Below are positions 9,597 to 20,158 of a stretch of DNA of 64,000 nt, in pieces (positions within the stretch are counted from its first letter, which is position 1; each line of letters starts with the position of its first letter). Source of the DNA: Thermoanaerobaculia bacterium (GTDB lineage: Bacteria; Acidobacteriota; Thermoanaerobaculia; Multivoradales; Multivoraceae); NCBI GenBank assembly GCA_963666565.1, contig OY762911.1:3040001-3104000 (forward strand). The letters run 5' to 3'. The notes under the pieces were generated by a model. That model was not told the DNA's origin and did not search any database. It saw only the letters and a program-made list of their open reading frames with translations. Made by a program: the position numbers and the translations under genes.

Positions 9597-10011
9597 CTGG
9601 GATGTAGGCCTGGTCATCCAGGTCGCCGTCGTTCCCGGGAATCTCGACGTCGCGACGCCGCCTGATGAGGTTCATCTCTGCCCGGCGCTGGTGGACACGG
9701 GCGCCAGTTCGACGTGCATCTCCCGCGCCGTGGCGGAGGCGCTCGGTCTGCAAGCGATCAGCATGACAGAGATGCTCACCGCCGGAGGCGCCGTGGCGAC
9801 GAACGTCTACAGCGTTCACATCGGTCTCGTTGGCCCTACCGCGACGAGCCCGGACGGCACGGTGAGCACGGATCTGCAGATGCTCGCGGGCCTTCAGACA
9901 CCCGAATTCGATCCGGGCTCGGCCAGCTATCGGGTGCTGTTGGGACGCGACGTTCTCCGGCGCGGTGTACTGAACATGGCCTTCGACGGCCACTTTGCGT
10001 TCGCGGTCTGA
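9571..10011 (+). CDS. Retropepsin-like (clan AA) single-domain aspartyl protease
   Basis: ALVDTGASSTCI catalytic motif, TAGG flap, LLGRDVL C-terminal motif; no signal peptide. Confidence 0.85.
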   Translation: MSAYSGRFDWDVGLVIQVAVVPGNLDVATPPDEVHLCPALVDTGASSTCISRAVAEALGLQAISMTEMLTAGGAVATNVYSVHIGLVGPTATSPDGTVSTDLQMLAGLQTPEFDPGSASYRVLLGRDVLRRGVLNMAFDGHFAFAV

Positions 10012-10038
10012 CGGGCGGACGGGTCAATCCGAGGCTCC

Positions 10039-11208
10039 TTGAAGATCTCCCTCTTCTACCTGCCCTCGATCGGCTCGCGGGCCGAGATCAAGCGGGGCAT
10101 GGCCGGCCTGCGCGGCGATCTCTACGACCGGATGCTGGCCGAGGTCTCGGAGCAGGCCCGGCTCGCCGACGACCTCGGCTACGACTCGATCAGCTTCACC
10201 GAGCACCACTTCCACATCGAGGGCTTCGAACTCTCGAACAACCCGGTGCTGCTCGACCTCTTCGTCGGCATGCAGACGAAGAACATCAGGGTGGGGCAGT
10301 TGGGCATCGTGCTGCCGGCACGGAACCCGATCCGCGTGGCCGAGGACATCGCGATGCTCGACCGGATGACCGGTGGCCGCGCGAACGCCGGTTTCGCCCG
10401 CGGTTACCAGCGGCGCTGGGTCGATGTGATGGCCCAGCAGACGCACGGCATCTCCGGCGCGCTGCCGCACCGGCACGACGAGATCGACGCGACGAACCGT
10501 GCCGCCTTCGAGGAGTGCTTCCGCATCGTCAAGAAGGCGTGGACCGAGGAGATGCTCGACTACGACGGCCGGTTCTGGAAGGTCCCGGTCGGCGGTTCTG
10601 AGGGCGGCACGCCGTGGACGCTCGAGGCGACGGAGCAGTGGGGCACCGGCGTGGAGGAAGGCGTGCTGCGGCAGGTCGGCGTCGTGCCCAAGCCGGTGCA
10701 GAAGCCGCACCCGCCGATCTTCCAGCCCTTCGCGTCTTCGGAAGAGAGCATTCGCTGGTGCGCGCGGGAGGGCGTGACGGCGATTCTGCCGCCACTGCAT
10801 CCGAAGCGGGAACGGGTGTTGTTCGAGCTGTTCGCGGAGGAGTCCGGACGACCGCTCGGCGAGGGGATCGGGGTGCTCCGCGACGTCGTGATCGCCGACA
10901 CGGATAGCGAGGCGGAGCGCCTTTGGAAGGCGAGCGGCGCCTTCTGCGGCGCCGCGTGGTTCGAGCCGTTCGGCTTCAGCCGCGGCATGGCGGACCCGGA
11001 CACGGGCGAGGGGTTCGACGACATGATGGGCGCCGGCATGGCGCTGGTCGGCAGCGTCGATACGGTGATCCGCCAGCTTGAGACGCTCCGCGAGCGTTTG
11101 CCGGTGACCTGGCTCTACTTCTGGGCCTACAACGGCTTGCTGCCGCACGCGCGGCTGATGTCGACGATCGAACGCTTCAGGACAGAGGTGCTGCCGCGCT
11201 TCGGATAG
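10039..11208 (+). CDS. Luciferase-like (LLM class) flavin-dependent oxidoreductase
   Basis: LGYDSISFTEHHF, NPIRVAEDIAMLD, GFARGY, PKPVQKPHPPI; TTG start. Confidence 0.9.
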   Translation: MKISLFYLPSIGSRAEIKRGMAGLRGDLYDRMLAEVSEQARLADDLGYDSISFTEHHFHIEGFELSNNPVLLDLFVGMQTKNIRVGQLGIVLPARNPIRVAEDIAMLDRMTGGRANAGFARGYQRRWVDVMAQQTHGISGALPHRHDEIDATNRAAFEECFRIVKKAWTEEMLDYDGRFWKVPVGGSEGGTPWTLEATEQWGTGVEEGVLRQVGVVPKPVQKPHPPIFQPFASSEESIRWCAREGVTAILPPLHPKRERVLFELFAEESGRPLGEGIGVLRDVVIADTDSEAERLWKASGAFCGAAWFEPFGFSRGMADPDTGEGFDDMMGAGMALVGSVDTVIRQLETLRERLPVTWLYFWAYNGLLPHARLMSTIERFRTEVLPRFG

Positions 11209-11316
11209 ACGCTTTTCCGACCCGAGACGTAACAGAGGGTACGTGCCCCTCCGAGTGATAGCGTCGTGGCCCCTGATTGGAGATGAACGAGTGAGCGTAG
11301 ACAAGAGGATCCGGCG

Positions 11317-11574
11317 ATGAGCGCCGCCACGGACACGCTGCGTACTGCCGAGACCCTGCGGGAGGCCGGAGTACCTGACCGTCAGGCAAGCGCCCACGCC
11401 CGGGCGACGGACGAGGCAGTTGACGAAGCCACGGAGGGGTTGGCGACTCGCGCTGACGTCGCGGCTCTGCGAGCCGACATGTCTGGTCTGCGAGCCGATA
11501 TGTACCGTGCCATGCTGATACAGACCGGAGTCATCATCGGTGCGGTGGTCGGCCTGCTGAGGTTGATTCCCTGA
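11317..11574 (+). CDS. DUF1640/CCDC90-like coiled-coil, tail-anchored membrane protein
   Basis: DTLRTAETLREAGVPDRQA, LATRADV, heptad LRADM repeat (21-nt duplication near 11467-11502), C-terminal TM helix. Confidence 0.75.
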   Translation: MSAATDTLRTAETLREAGVPDRQASAHARATDEAVDEATEGLATRADVAALRADMSGLRADMYRAMLIQTGVIIGAVVGLLRLIP

Positions 11575-11588
11575 GCCTGCCGCATCCG

Positions 11589-11711
11589 AAGGAGCCCGTC
11601 GGCGACCTTGTTACGCGAGTTCAGATGCGTACCGTCCTCTACCGCGCCCTGCTGCTCCAGACAGCCGTCGTTGTCGGCGCGGTGGTCAGCTTGGTGAGGC
11701 TGATTCCCTGA
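11589..11711 (+). pseudogene. Truncated second copy of the DUF1640-like gene 3' end (possible 28-aa ORF from ATG 11625)
   Basis: KEPVGDLVTRVQMRTVLYRALLLQTAVVVGAVVSLVRLIP* aligns with ...GLATRAD...MYRAMLIQTGVIIGAVVGLLRLIP*. Both copies end TGATTCCCTGAGCCTGCCG. Confidence 0.7.
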
Positions 11712-11744
11712 GCCTGCCGGAGCCCTGAGAGGACCTGCGGCTCG

Positions 11745-14288
<2,544 letters not shown>

Positions 14289-14308
14289 GGTTGGTCTCCC
14301 GGAGCGGT

Positions 14309-14704
14309 TCAGTTGACGTCGCCGGCGCCGGAGCCCCGGTCGTCGTCGTCCCGGTCGTCGTCGCCCTTGCCGTCGCCCGTGTCCGGCTCGATCGTGCAGA
14401 GCAGCGGCACCTCGGCCTGCTGGGCGAGGCTGCCCACCTCGGCCACCTTCGTCTCGGCGATGGAGAAGGGATAGAGCCCGACCACGCCGACGCCGTTCTT
14501 GTGGACGTAGAGCATGAGCCGCGAAGCGTCCGACTCCGTCATGTGGAACACGTGCTGCAGCACCAGGACGACGAACTCCCGCGGCGTGAAGTCGTCGTTG
14601 TGGAGCAGCACCTTGTACAACCGCGGCCGCGCCAGGCGCTTGCGCGTCTTCGTCCTCGTGAGGACCTTGCTGTCCCCCTGCCGGTCGTCCTCGAAGTGCG
14701 GCAT
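14309..14704 (-). CDS. clpS: ClpS adaptor
   Basis: PRLYKVLLHNDDFTPREFVV, MLYVHKNGVGVVG, IAETKV; start at ATG 14704. Confidence 0.95.
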   Translation of the reverse strand: MPHFEDDRQGDSKVLTRTKTRKRLARPRLYKVLLHNDDFTPREFVVLVLQHVFHMTESDASRLMLYVHKNGVGVVGLYPFSIAETKVAEVGSLAQQAEVPLLCTIEPDTGDGKGDDDRDDDDRGSGAGDVN

Positions 14705-14714
14705 GGCTTGCCCG

Positions 14715-14720
14715 ATTATA
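14715..14720 (-). promoter_or_regulatory. Consensus -10 box (TATAAT) 10 nt upstream of the clpS ATG
   Basis: + strand ATTATA at 14715-14720 in a GC-rich context; no SD between the box and the ATG. Confidence 0.65.
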
Positions 14721-14754
14721 GGTCGGCGACCGCGAAGCAGCCGAGTTACACGCG

Positions 14755-15951
14755 TCAGCCCAACCGGGTTCGCTGCTGACGCCACGCTTCGATGCCCTGA
14801 AGGTGGCGGGCCGCGTCGCGTTCCAGGGCGGCGCCGAGCAGCGAGTTCAGCTTCTCGTCCATGAACAGGTGGGAGCTGTAGACGGGGGCGGGCTCGAAGC
14901 CGCGGCTGATCTTGTGCTCTCCGCCGGCGCCGCCTTCGAAGACCTGGACGCCCCGGGCGATGCACTCGTCGATGGAGTGGTAGAGGCAGACGTTGAAGTG
15001 GAGGAACCTGTGCTCCTCGTGGCAGCCCCAATAGCGGCCGTAGAGGTGGGTGTCGGAGCGGAGGTTGATCGCGCCGGCGACGACGCGGCCCTCGCGCTCG
15101 GCGATCACGAGTTCGACCGCGTCGCTCAGCTTGCCGAAGAGGTCGGAGAACAGCTCACGGTTCAGGTAGCGGCCGCCCCACATGTACTTGTCGCAGGTGG
15201 TGCAGTAGAGGCGAAACGCGGTCTCGGCCCAGCGCTCGGGATCGGCGGCGACTTCCTCGCCCCGCACGGTGCGGATGGCGATGCCTTGCCGGGCGGGTTC
15301 GCGGCGCTCGCGGCGGCACTGGGTACGGCGCTTGGAGCGGAGCTTCGCCAGCCAGTCCTCGGGCGTGCGGTAGTCGTAGTTGTGCCAGTGGTACTGGACC
15401 ATGACCCGCTGCGCCAGCCCGGCGCCGGCGAGGGCCTCGGCCTCTTCGGCGCCGTGGTAGAGCACATGGACCGAGGCGATGCCGACCTCGCGGGCGGTGT
15501 GGGCGGCGAGCTGCACCAGCATCCGGGCGGCGAGCGCCGGGTCGAGGTCCGGCTCGGCCAGGATGCGACGGCCGGTGACCGGCGAGAACGGCACGCCGAC
15601 GACGAGCTTCGGGTAGAAGCGGCCGCCCGCCGCCCTCACCGCGTCGCCGAAAGCCCAGTCGCGGGAGAAGTCGCCCATGCCGTCGTTCTTGATGTAGGCG
15701 GGCGCGGCCGCCAGCAGGGCGCCGCCCGGCGCCCAGGCGGTCAGGTGAAAGGGCAGCCAGCCGCGGTCGGGGGCGACGCAGCCGGTCCGTTCGAGCGCTT
15801 CGAGGAAAGTCCAGGAGAGGAAGGGACGGTCGCCGGGGCGGAGCAGGCGGTCCCAGGCTGGCTGGGGAATGTCCGCGAGGGACTGGACGATGCGGAGTTC
15901 GACCTGCTGCTGCTCGGTTTGGGCGCCTGTCCGGGCTGCGGCGTCGTCCAT
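14755..15951 (-). CDS. FemAB-like GNAT family protein (DUF482)
   Basis: PFLSWTFLEALE, GWLPFHL, YPKLVVGVPFSPVTG, LYGRYWG, LHFNVCLY, FEGGAGGEHKISRGF. Confidence 0.85.
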   Translation of the reverse strand: MDDAAARTGAQTEQQQVELRIVQSLADIPQPAWDRLLRPGDRPFLSWTFLEALERTGCVAPDRGWLPFHLTAWAPGGALLAAAPAYIKNDGMGDFSRDWAFGDAVRAAGGRFYPKLVVGVPFSPVTGRRILAEPDLDPALAARMLVQLAAHTAREVGIASVHVLYHGAEEAEALAGAGLAQRVMVQYHWHNYDYRTPEDWLAKLRSKRRTQCRRERREPARQGIAIRTVRGEEVAADPERWAETAFRLYCTTCDKYMWGGRYLNRELFSDLFGKLSDAVELVIAEREGRVVAGAINLRSDTHLYGRYWGCHEEHRFLHFNVCLYHSIDECIARGVQVFEGGAGGEHKISRGFEPAPVYSSHLFMDEKLNSLLGAALERDAARHLQGIEAWRQQRTRLG

Positions 15952-16067
15952 TGGACGAGTCTTGCACGGCAGTGACGGAGGGGCGCCGGCCTCGGCTGAG
16001 TGCGGTCGCCGGCCTTGGTCGGCGGCCCTTTCGCCCGGGCTGCGCCGGTCCCCGGCGCCGCCCGTGT

Positions 16068-16093
16068 GCGGGTCGGAAGACCCGCGCACCCAG
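16068..16093 (-). repeat. REP-like palindrome, copy 4
   Basis: GCGGGTCGGAAGACCCGCGCACCCAG just downstream of the ggt stop. Confidence 0.9.
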
Positions 16094-16100
16094 CGGGCGG

Positions 16101-17843
16101 TCAGTAGCCCAGGGCGGCTCCGTCCTTGCGGGGGTCGGAGGCGCCGTAGAGGGTCCCACGGCGGTCGACCCTGATTGCCTGGGCGCCGCCGAACTCGGCG
16201 CCCCCGGCGATTCGCACCTCGTGGCCGAGGGCCGCGAGTTCCTCGACGGTGCGCGGCTCCAACCCGCGCTCGCACAGGAGCTCAAGGCCCGCCGTGTGCC
16301 GCCAGCGGGGCCGGTCGACCGCGGCCTGCAGGCCGAGTCCGTGGTCGTAGCGGCCGGTCAGGAGCTGCACGTGTCCCTGGGGCTGGAACGGTCCGCCCAT
16401 CACGCCGTAGCAGAGTTCGAGCCGGCCCCGGTCCAGGACCATGCCGGGGATGATCGTGTGGAAGGGCCGCTTGCCGGGCCGGTACTCGTTCGGATGACCC
16501 GCTTCGAGGGTGAAGCCGGCGCCCCGGCAGTGGAGCATGATGCCGGTGCCGCCGCCGGCGATGGCGGCGCCGAACGGCGCGAACAGGGAGTTGATGAAGG
16601 AAGCGGCGTTGCCGTCGCCGTCTACGACGGCCAGGTAGACCGTGTCGTCGCCGGCCCGTCCGCCGCCGCCGGGCCGGCCGCCGCCTGTCGTGTCGTCGCC
16701 AGCCGGGCCGCCGTCGGGCCTGCCGCCGCCCGTCGCGATGTCGCCGGGCCGGATGCCGCCGGCCGGCGGACCGTCGGCCGGCCGACGCGGGTCGATCAGC
16801 CGGCTGCATTCGCGCGCGTAGGCCTTGTCGAGCAGTTCGGCCAGCGGGACGCCTCCGCCGCTTCGCAGCGGTTCGGCCTCCGGGTCGCCGACATGGGCGT
16901 GCAGGTCGGCGTAGGCCAGCTTCTTCGCCTCGACCAGCAGGTGGGTGTGCTCGGCGCCGGCCGGGTTCATCGAGGCGAGGTCGAAGTTCTCAAGCAGGTT
17001 CAGCATCAGCAGAACGCCGAGTCCCTGGCCGTTGGGCGGCAACTGGAGGACCTCCCGGCCGCGGTACATCGTGCCGATCGGATCGACCCACGTCGATTCG
17101 TGCCGCCGGAGGTCCTCAAGATCGAGAAAGCCCCCGGTCTCGCGGGAGTAGCGGACGATCTCTTCCGCGATCGGACCCTCGTAGAAGGCGTCCCGGCCGT
17201 CTTCCGCGATCCGCCGCAGCGACCGCGCCAGCGCAGGCGCCCGGAACACCTCGCCGAGTTCGGGCGCCCGTCCTCCCACCAGCCAATGCTCCGCCGCCGC
17301 GCCGTCGCGGCGTAGCCGCGCGGCACACGCCGTCCACATCGACTGCACCCGCTCGCTGACGGGAAAGCCCGTTTCCGCGGTTTCGATGGCCGGACCGAGC
17401 AGGTCGGCGAACCGCAAGCGGCCGAAGCGCGAATGCGCCGTCTGCCAGAGATCGACCGCGCCGGGGACGGTCACCGCCGGCCACGAATCTGGGGCGATCG
17501 CGGCGCCCGAAAGGTCCTCCCGCGCCAGGGCCAGCGGCGAGCGGCCGCTGCCGTTGAGGCCGAGCAACTCGCCGCGGCCGCCGTCGGGATCGGCCAGGTG
17601 GTAAAGCAGAAAGGCGTCGCCGCCGATGCCCGTCATCATCGGCTCGACCACAGCCAGCATCGCCGCCGCCGCCACGGCGCCGTCGATCGCCGAGCCGCCG
17701 GCCCGCAGCATGTCGAGCCCGGCCAGGGTAGCCGCCGGATGCGACGTTGCGACCATGCCTCGGCGCGCCATCACGACGCTGCGTCCCGTGCGATGGGGAC
17801 TAGCCAGCCGGGGTCGGGCGGAGGCGCTAGCGGAAGACGTCAA
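16101..17843 (-). CDS. ggt: Gamma-glutamyltransferase (cytoplasmic type)
   Basis: GMVATSHP, VVEPMMTGIGGDAF, LPPNGQG, DTVYL autocleavage Thr, PGKRPFHTIIP, GVMGGPFQPQGH, SDPRKDG. Exact start uncertain. Confidence 0.92.
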   Translation of the reverse strand: MTSSASASARPRLASPHRTGRSVVMARRGMVATSHPAATLAGLDMLRAGGSAIDGAVAAAAMLAVVEPMMTGIGGDAFLLYHLADPDGGRGELLGLNGSGRSPLALAREDLSGAAIAPDSWPAVTVPGAVDLWQTAHSRFGRLRFADLLGPAIETAETGFPVSERVQSMWTACAARLRRDGAAAEHWLVGGRAPELGEVFRAPALARSLRRIAEDGRDAFYEGPIAEEIVRYSRETGGFLDLEDLRRHESTWVDPIGTMYRGREVLQLPPNGQGLGVLLMLNLLENFDLASMNPAGAEHTHLLVEAKKLAYADLHAHVGDPEAEPLRSGGGVPLAELLDKAYARECSRLIDPRRPADGPPAGGIRPGDIATGGGRPDGGPAGDDTTGGGRPGGGGRAGDDTVYLAVVDGDGNAASFINSLFAPFGAAIAGGGTGIMLHCRGAGFTLEAGHPNEYRPGKRPFHTIIPGMVLDRGRLELCYGVMGGPFQPQGHVQLLTGRYDHGLGLQAAVDRPRWRHTAGLELLCERGLEPRTVEELAALGHEVRIAGGAEFGGAQAIRVDRRGTLYGASDPRKDGAALGY

Positions 17844-20133
17844 AGGTGCGGTTGAACTTGATGGCCAGGCTCCGGTCCGGCGTGTCCAGGCCGAGTACGC
17901 CGAACTCCGAGATCTCGTTGTAAACGACGAACAGCCCCCGGTTCGCCTCGTTCAGCCAACTGAAGCGGAGGTTCGTGTTCACGCTGTGGGTCAGGTCGTT
18001 GTACTGGATCAGCGCCTGGAGGAGCAGGCTGGTGCTGAAGGCGTAGGTGACGCGGAGACTGCCGAGGTGGGTCTTGAAAGCGCCCATCGGGAGGTCGATG
18101 TCGTTGTAGGACCAGCTCAGCTCGGACGTCAGATAGTCGCCGAGGCGGATGCTCAGCCAGGGATCCAGGACGAGCTGGTCGCCGCCGAAGAAACCCCCGC
18201 CCTGGACTCTGACGAAGAGGCTCACGGCGCGTCCCCGGTTGGTGTTGCCGAACAGGAAGAAACCGTGGTCGTCGTACTCCCCGGCCGGCACGTTCACGAG
18301 GCCGGCGAGCGTGAAGGGTTCGAGCAGTCCCTCGTAGCGGCCGCCGGCGGAGAGGCTGATCTGCGCGCCGCTCCGGAACTCGACTTCGCCGCCGACGGAG
18401 TAGCGCTGCGTCTCCTGGTAACCGTCGAAGTTCCAGAAGCCGTCGTAGAAGACGCGCGGACCGAACTCCTTGACGCGGCCCTCGCCGGCCGGGCGGAAGC
18501 GGCGCCGGATGTAGCCGTTGAACTGGCGGTAGCCGGAGCGGCTGAGGAAACCGACCTCGGGGTTGAAGTCCTCGCCGATCTCGGCATAGCCGAGACGCCA
18601 GCGCCAGAACGGGGAGCTGTAACCGCCGTCGATCCCGAAACCGTGGTCCCGGCCGGTCAGGCCGGGGGTTTCCGTCCGGGCCGCCCAGCCCGACACGTCC
18701 GTGAACTGCCCGATTCCGATCTGGCCGTCGACGGCGAAGGTCCGGTTGTAGTCGCCGTCCGGCGCCAGCGAGCCGGTGCCCTCGCGGTTGACGACCAGCA
18801 CGCCGGCCCGGCTCCGGTTGCGGTACTCGCGGCCGAGCCGCGCGACCGTGAAGTTGTTGCCGTGGAGATCCCTCAGGTCGTCGGTCTGCATGTTCAGGAA
18901 GCCGACGTTGAATCCACCGGCCCTGCCGGACAGGCGGGCGCCGCCGAGGATCGGCACGGGCACACCCTGGCTCAGGCCGATCCGTCGGCTGAAGAAGAGC
19001 TCGGTGCCGCCCCGGAACGAGGACCGGCCGCCGACGCGGAAGAGCCCGGAGTTCTCCAGGAAGAACGGTCGCTTCTCGGGGAAGAACAGGCTGAAGCGGT
19101 CCAGGTTGATCTGCTGATCGTCCGCTTCCACCTGGGCGAAGTCGGTGTTGACGGTCACGTCGAGCGTCAGGCTCGGGGTGACGCCGTACTTCAGGTCCAT
19201 GCCGATTTCGCTGTCGTCGACGCTGCCGTCCACGTTCTCGCGCCCCGTGCTCAGGACGTAGGGAGTCAACTGCAGGTTGCGCTGGCGCGGCGGTTCCACG
19301 CCGACCAGGTGCCCGGCTTCCGACACCCGGAACAGGTCGTGCTGGCGGCCGAGGTGGGCCCAGAACGCGGTCTCGTTCTTGCGCCGGATGTTGCGTTCGA
19401 AGTTCAGGCCCCAGACCGCGCGGCCCGATCCGTACCGGAGACTGCGGAAGGGAATCGCCATCTCCGCGCTCCAGCCGAAGTCGCCGCTCGACGTCCGGAC
19501 GGTCCAGGCGGTGTCCCAGTCCAGATTGGCGCCGCCGGACCTGGAACTGCGGGAGGAACTCCCGCCGCCGCCGCGGCCCTGGTTGGTGAACTGGCCGTCG
19601 TACTGGATGCCCGCGATGTTCGTCCCGAAGACGAAGCCGTTCTGCCGGTCGCCGAACGTGTCGAGAACGACCCGGAAGCTGTCCTCGTTCTGGAGCATGG
19701 CGTCGCGACGGCTGTCGGAGATCGCCAGGGAGGAAGCGTCACGGTCGAAGCAGATGACCGCGAGGTAGAGGTTGGACTCGTCGAAGGCGATCCGCACTTC
19801 GGTCCGTTCGCTCGCCGCTTCGCCTTCGAACGGTTCCACCTGTTGGAAGCCGGTTCCGAAGTCGACGTCCAGCCAGAGATCCTCGCCGAGCACGTCGCCG
19901 TCGATCACCGGCGCCTGGGCCAGGCGCGCCGCCTGGAGTCGCGGACGATCGCTCCGCATCTCGACCTGTGCCGCGGCGATGCCGTCGCTGGCCGCAACGA
20001 GCGCGATCAGCGCCAGAGCGCCGGCCGGAAGCGAGATTCCAGGCATCGGCGGGCCAGGAGCTTGCGTCGCGGAACGCAGCGAAGAAGGGCCGCGGCGCGA
20101 GGTCGCAGTGAGGTGGGAGCTGGGGCCAGACAC
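17827..20133 (-). CDS. DUF5916 / CBM9-like outer-membrane protein
   Basis: APVIDG, WSAEMAIPFRSLRY, TVNTDFAQVEAD, LFFPEKRPFFLE, LFFSRRIG. Start may be 20046 (MPGIS). Confidence 0.85.
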   Translation of the reverse strand: MSGPSSHLTATSRRGPSSLRSATQAPGPPMPGISLPAGALALIALVAASDGIAAAQVEMRSDRPRLQAARLAQAPVIDGDVLGEDLWLDVDFGTGFQQVEPFEGEAASERTEVRIAFDESNLYLAVICFDRDASSLAISDSRRDAMLQNEDSFRVVLDTFGDRQNGFVFGTNIAGIQYDGQFTNQGRGGGGSSSRSSRSGGANLDWDTAWTVRTSSGDFGWSAEMAIPFRSLRYGSGRAVWGLNFERNIRRKNETAFWAHLGRQHDLFRVSEAGHLVGVEPPRQRNLQLTPYVLSTGRENVDGSVDDSEIGMDLKYGVTPSLTLDVTVNTDFAQVEADDQQINLDRFSLFFPEKRPFFLENSGLFRVGGRSSFRGGTELFFSRRIGLSQGVPVPILGGARLSGRAGGFNVGFLNMQTDDLRDLHGNNFTVARLGREYRNRSRAGVLVVNREGTGSLAPDGDYNRTFAVDGQIGIGQFTDVSGWAARTETPGLTGRDHGFGIDGGYSSPFWRWRLGYAEIGEDFNPEVGFLSRSGYRQFNGYIRRRFRPAGEGRVKEFGPRVFYDGFWNFDGYQETQRYSVGGEVEFRSGAQISLSAGGRYEGLLEPFTLAGLVNVPAGEYDDHGFFLFGNTNRGRAVSLFVRVQGGGFFGGDQLVLDPWLSIRLGDYLTSELSWSYNDIDLPMGAFKTHLGSLRVTYAFSTSLLLQALIQYNDLTHSVNTNLRFSWLNEANRGLFVVYNEISEFGVLGLDTPDRSLAIKFNRTFDVFR

Positions 20134-20158
20134 GGAGTCAGCGAGGGGTTCGGCGGCC

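Noticed and set aside
11500-11719. Possible DGR template/variable repeat pair
   Set aside because: Mismatches are not confined to adenines (CGT/CGC, GGT/GGC, CTG/GTG) and no reverse transcriptase is present.
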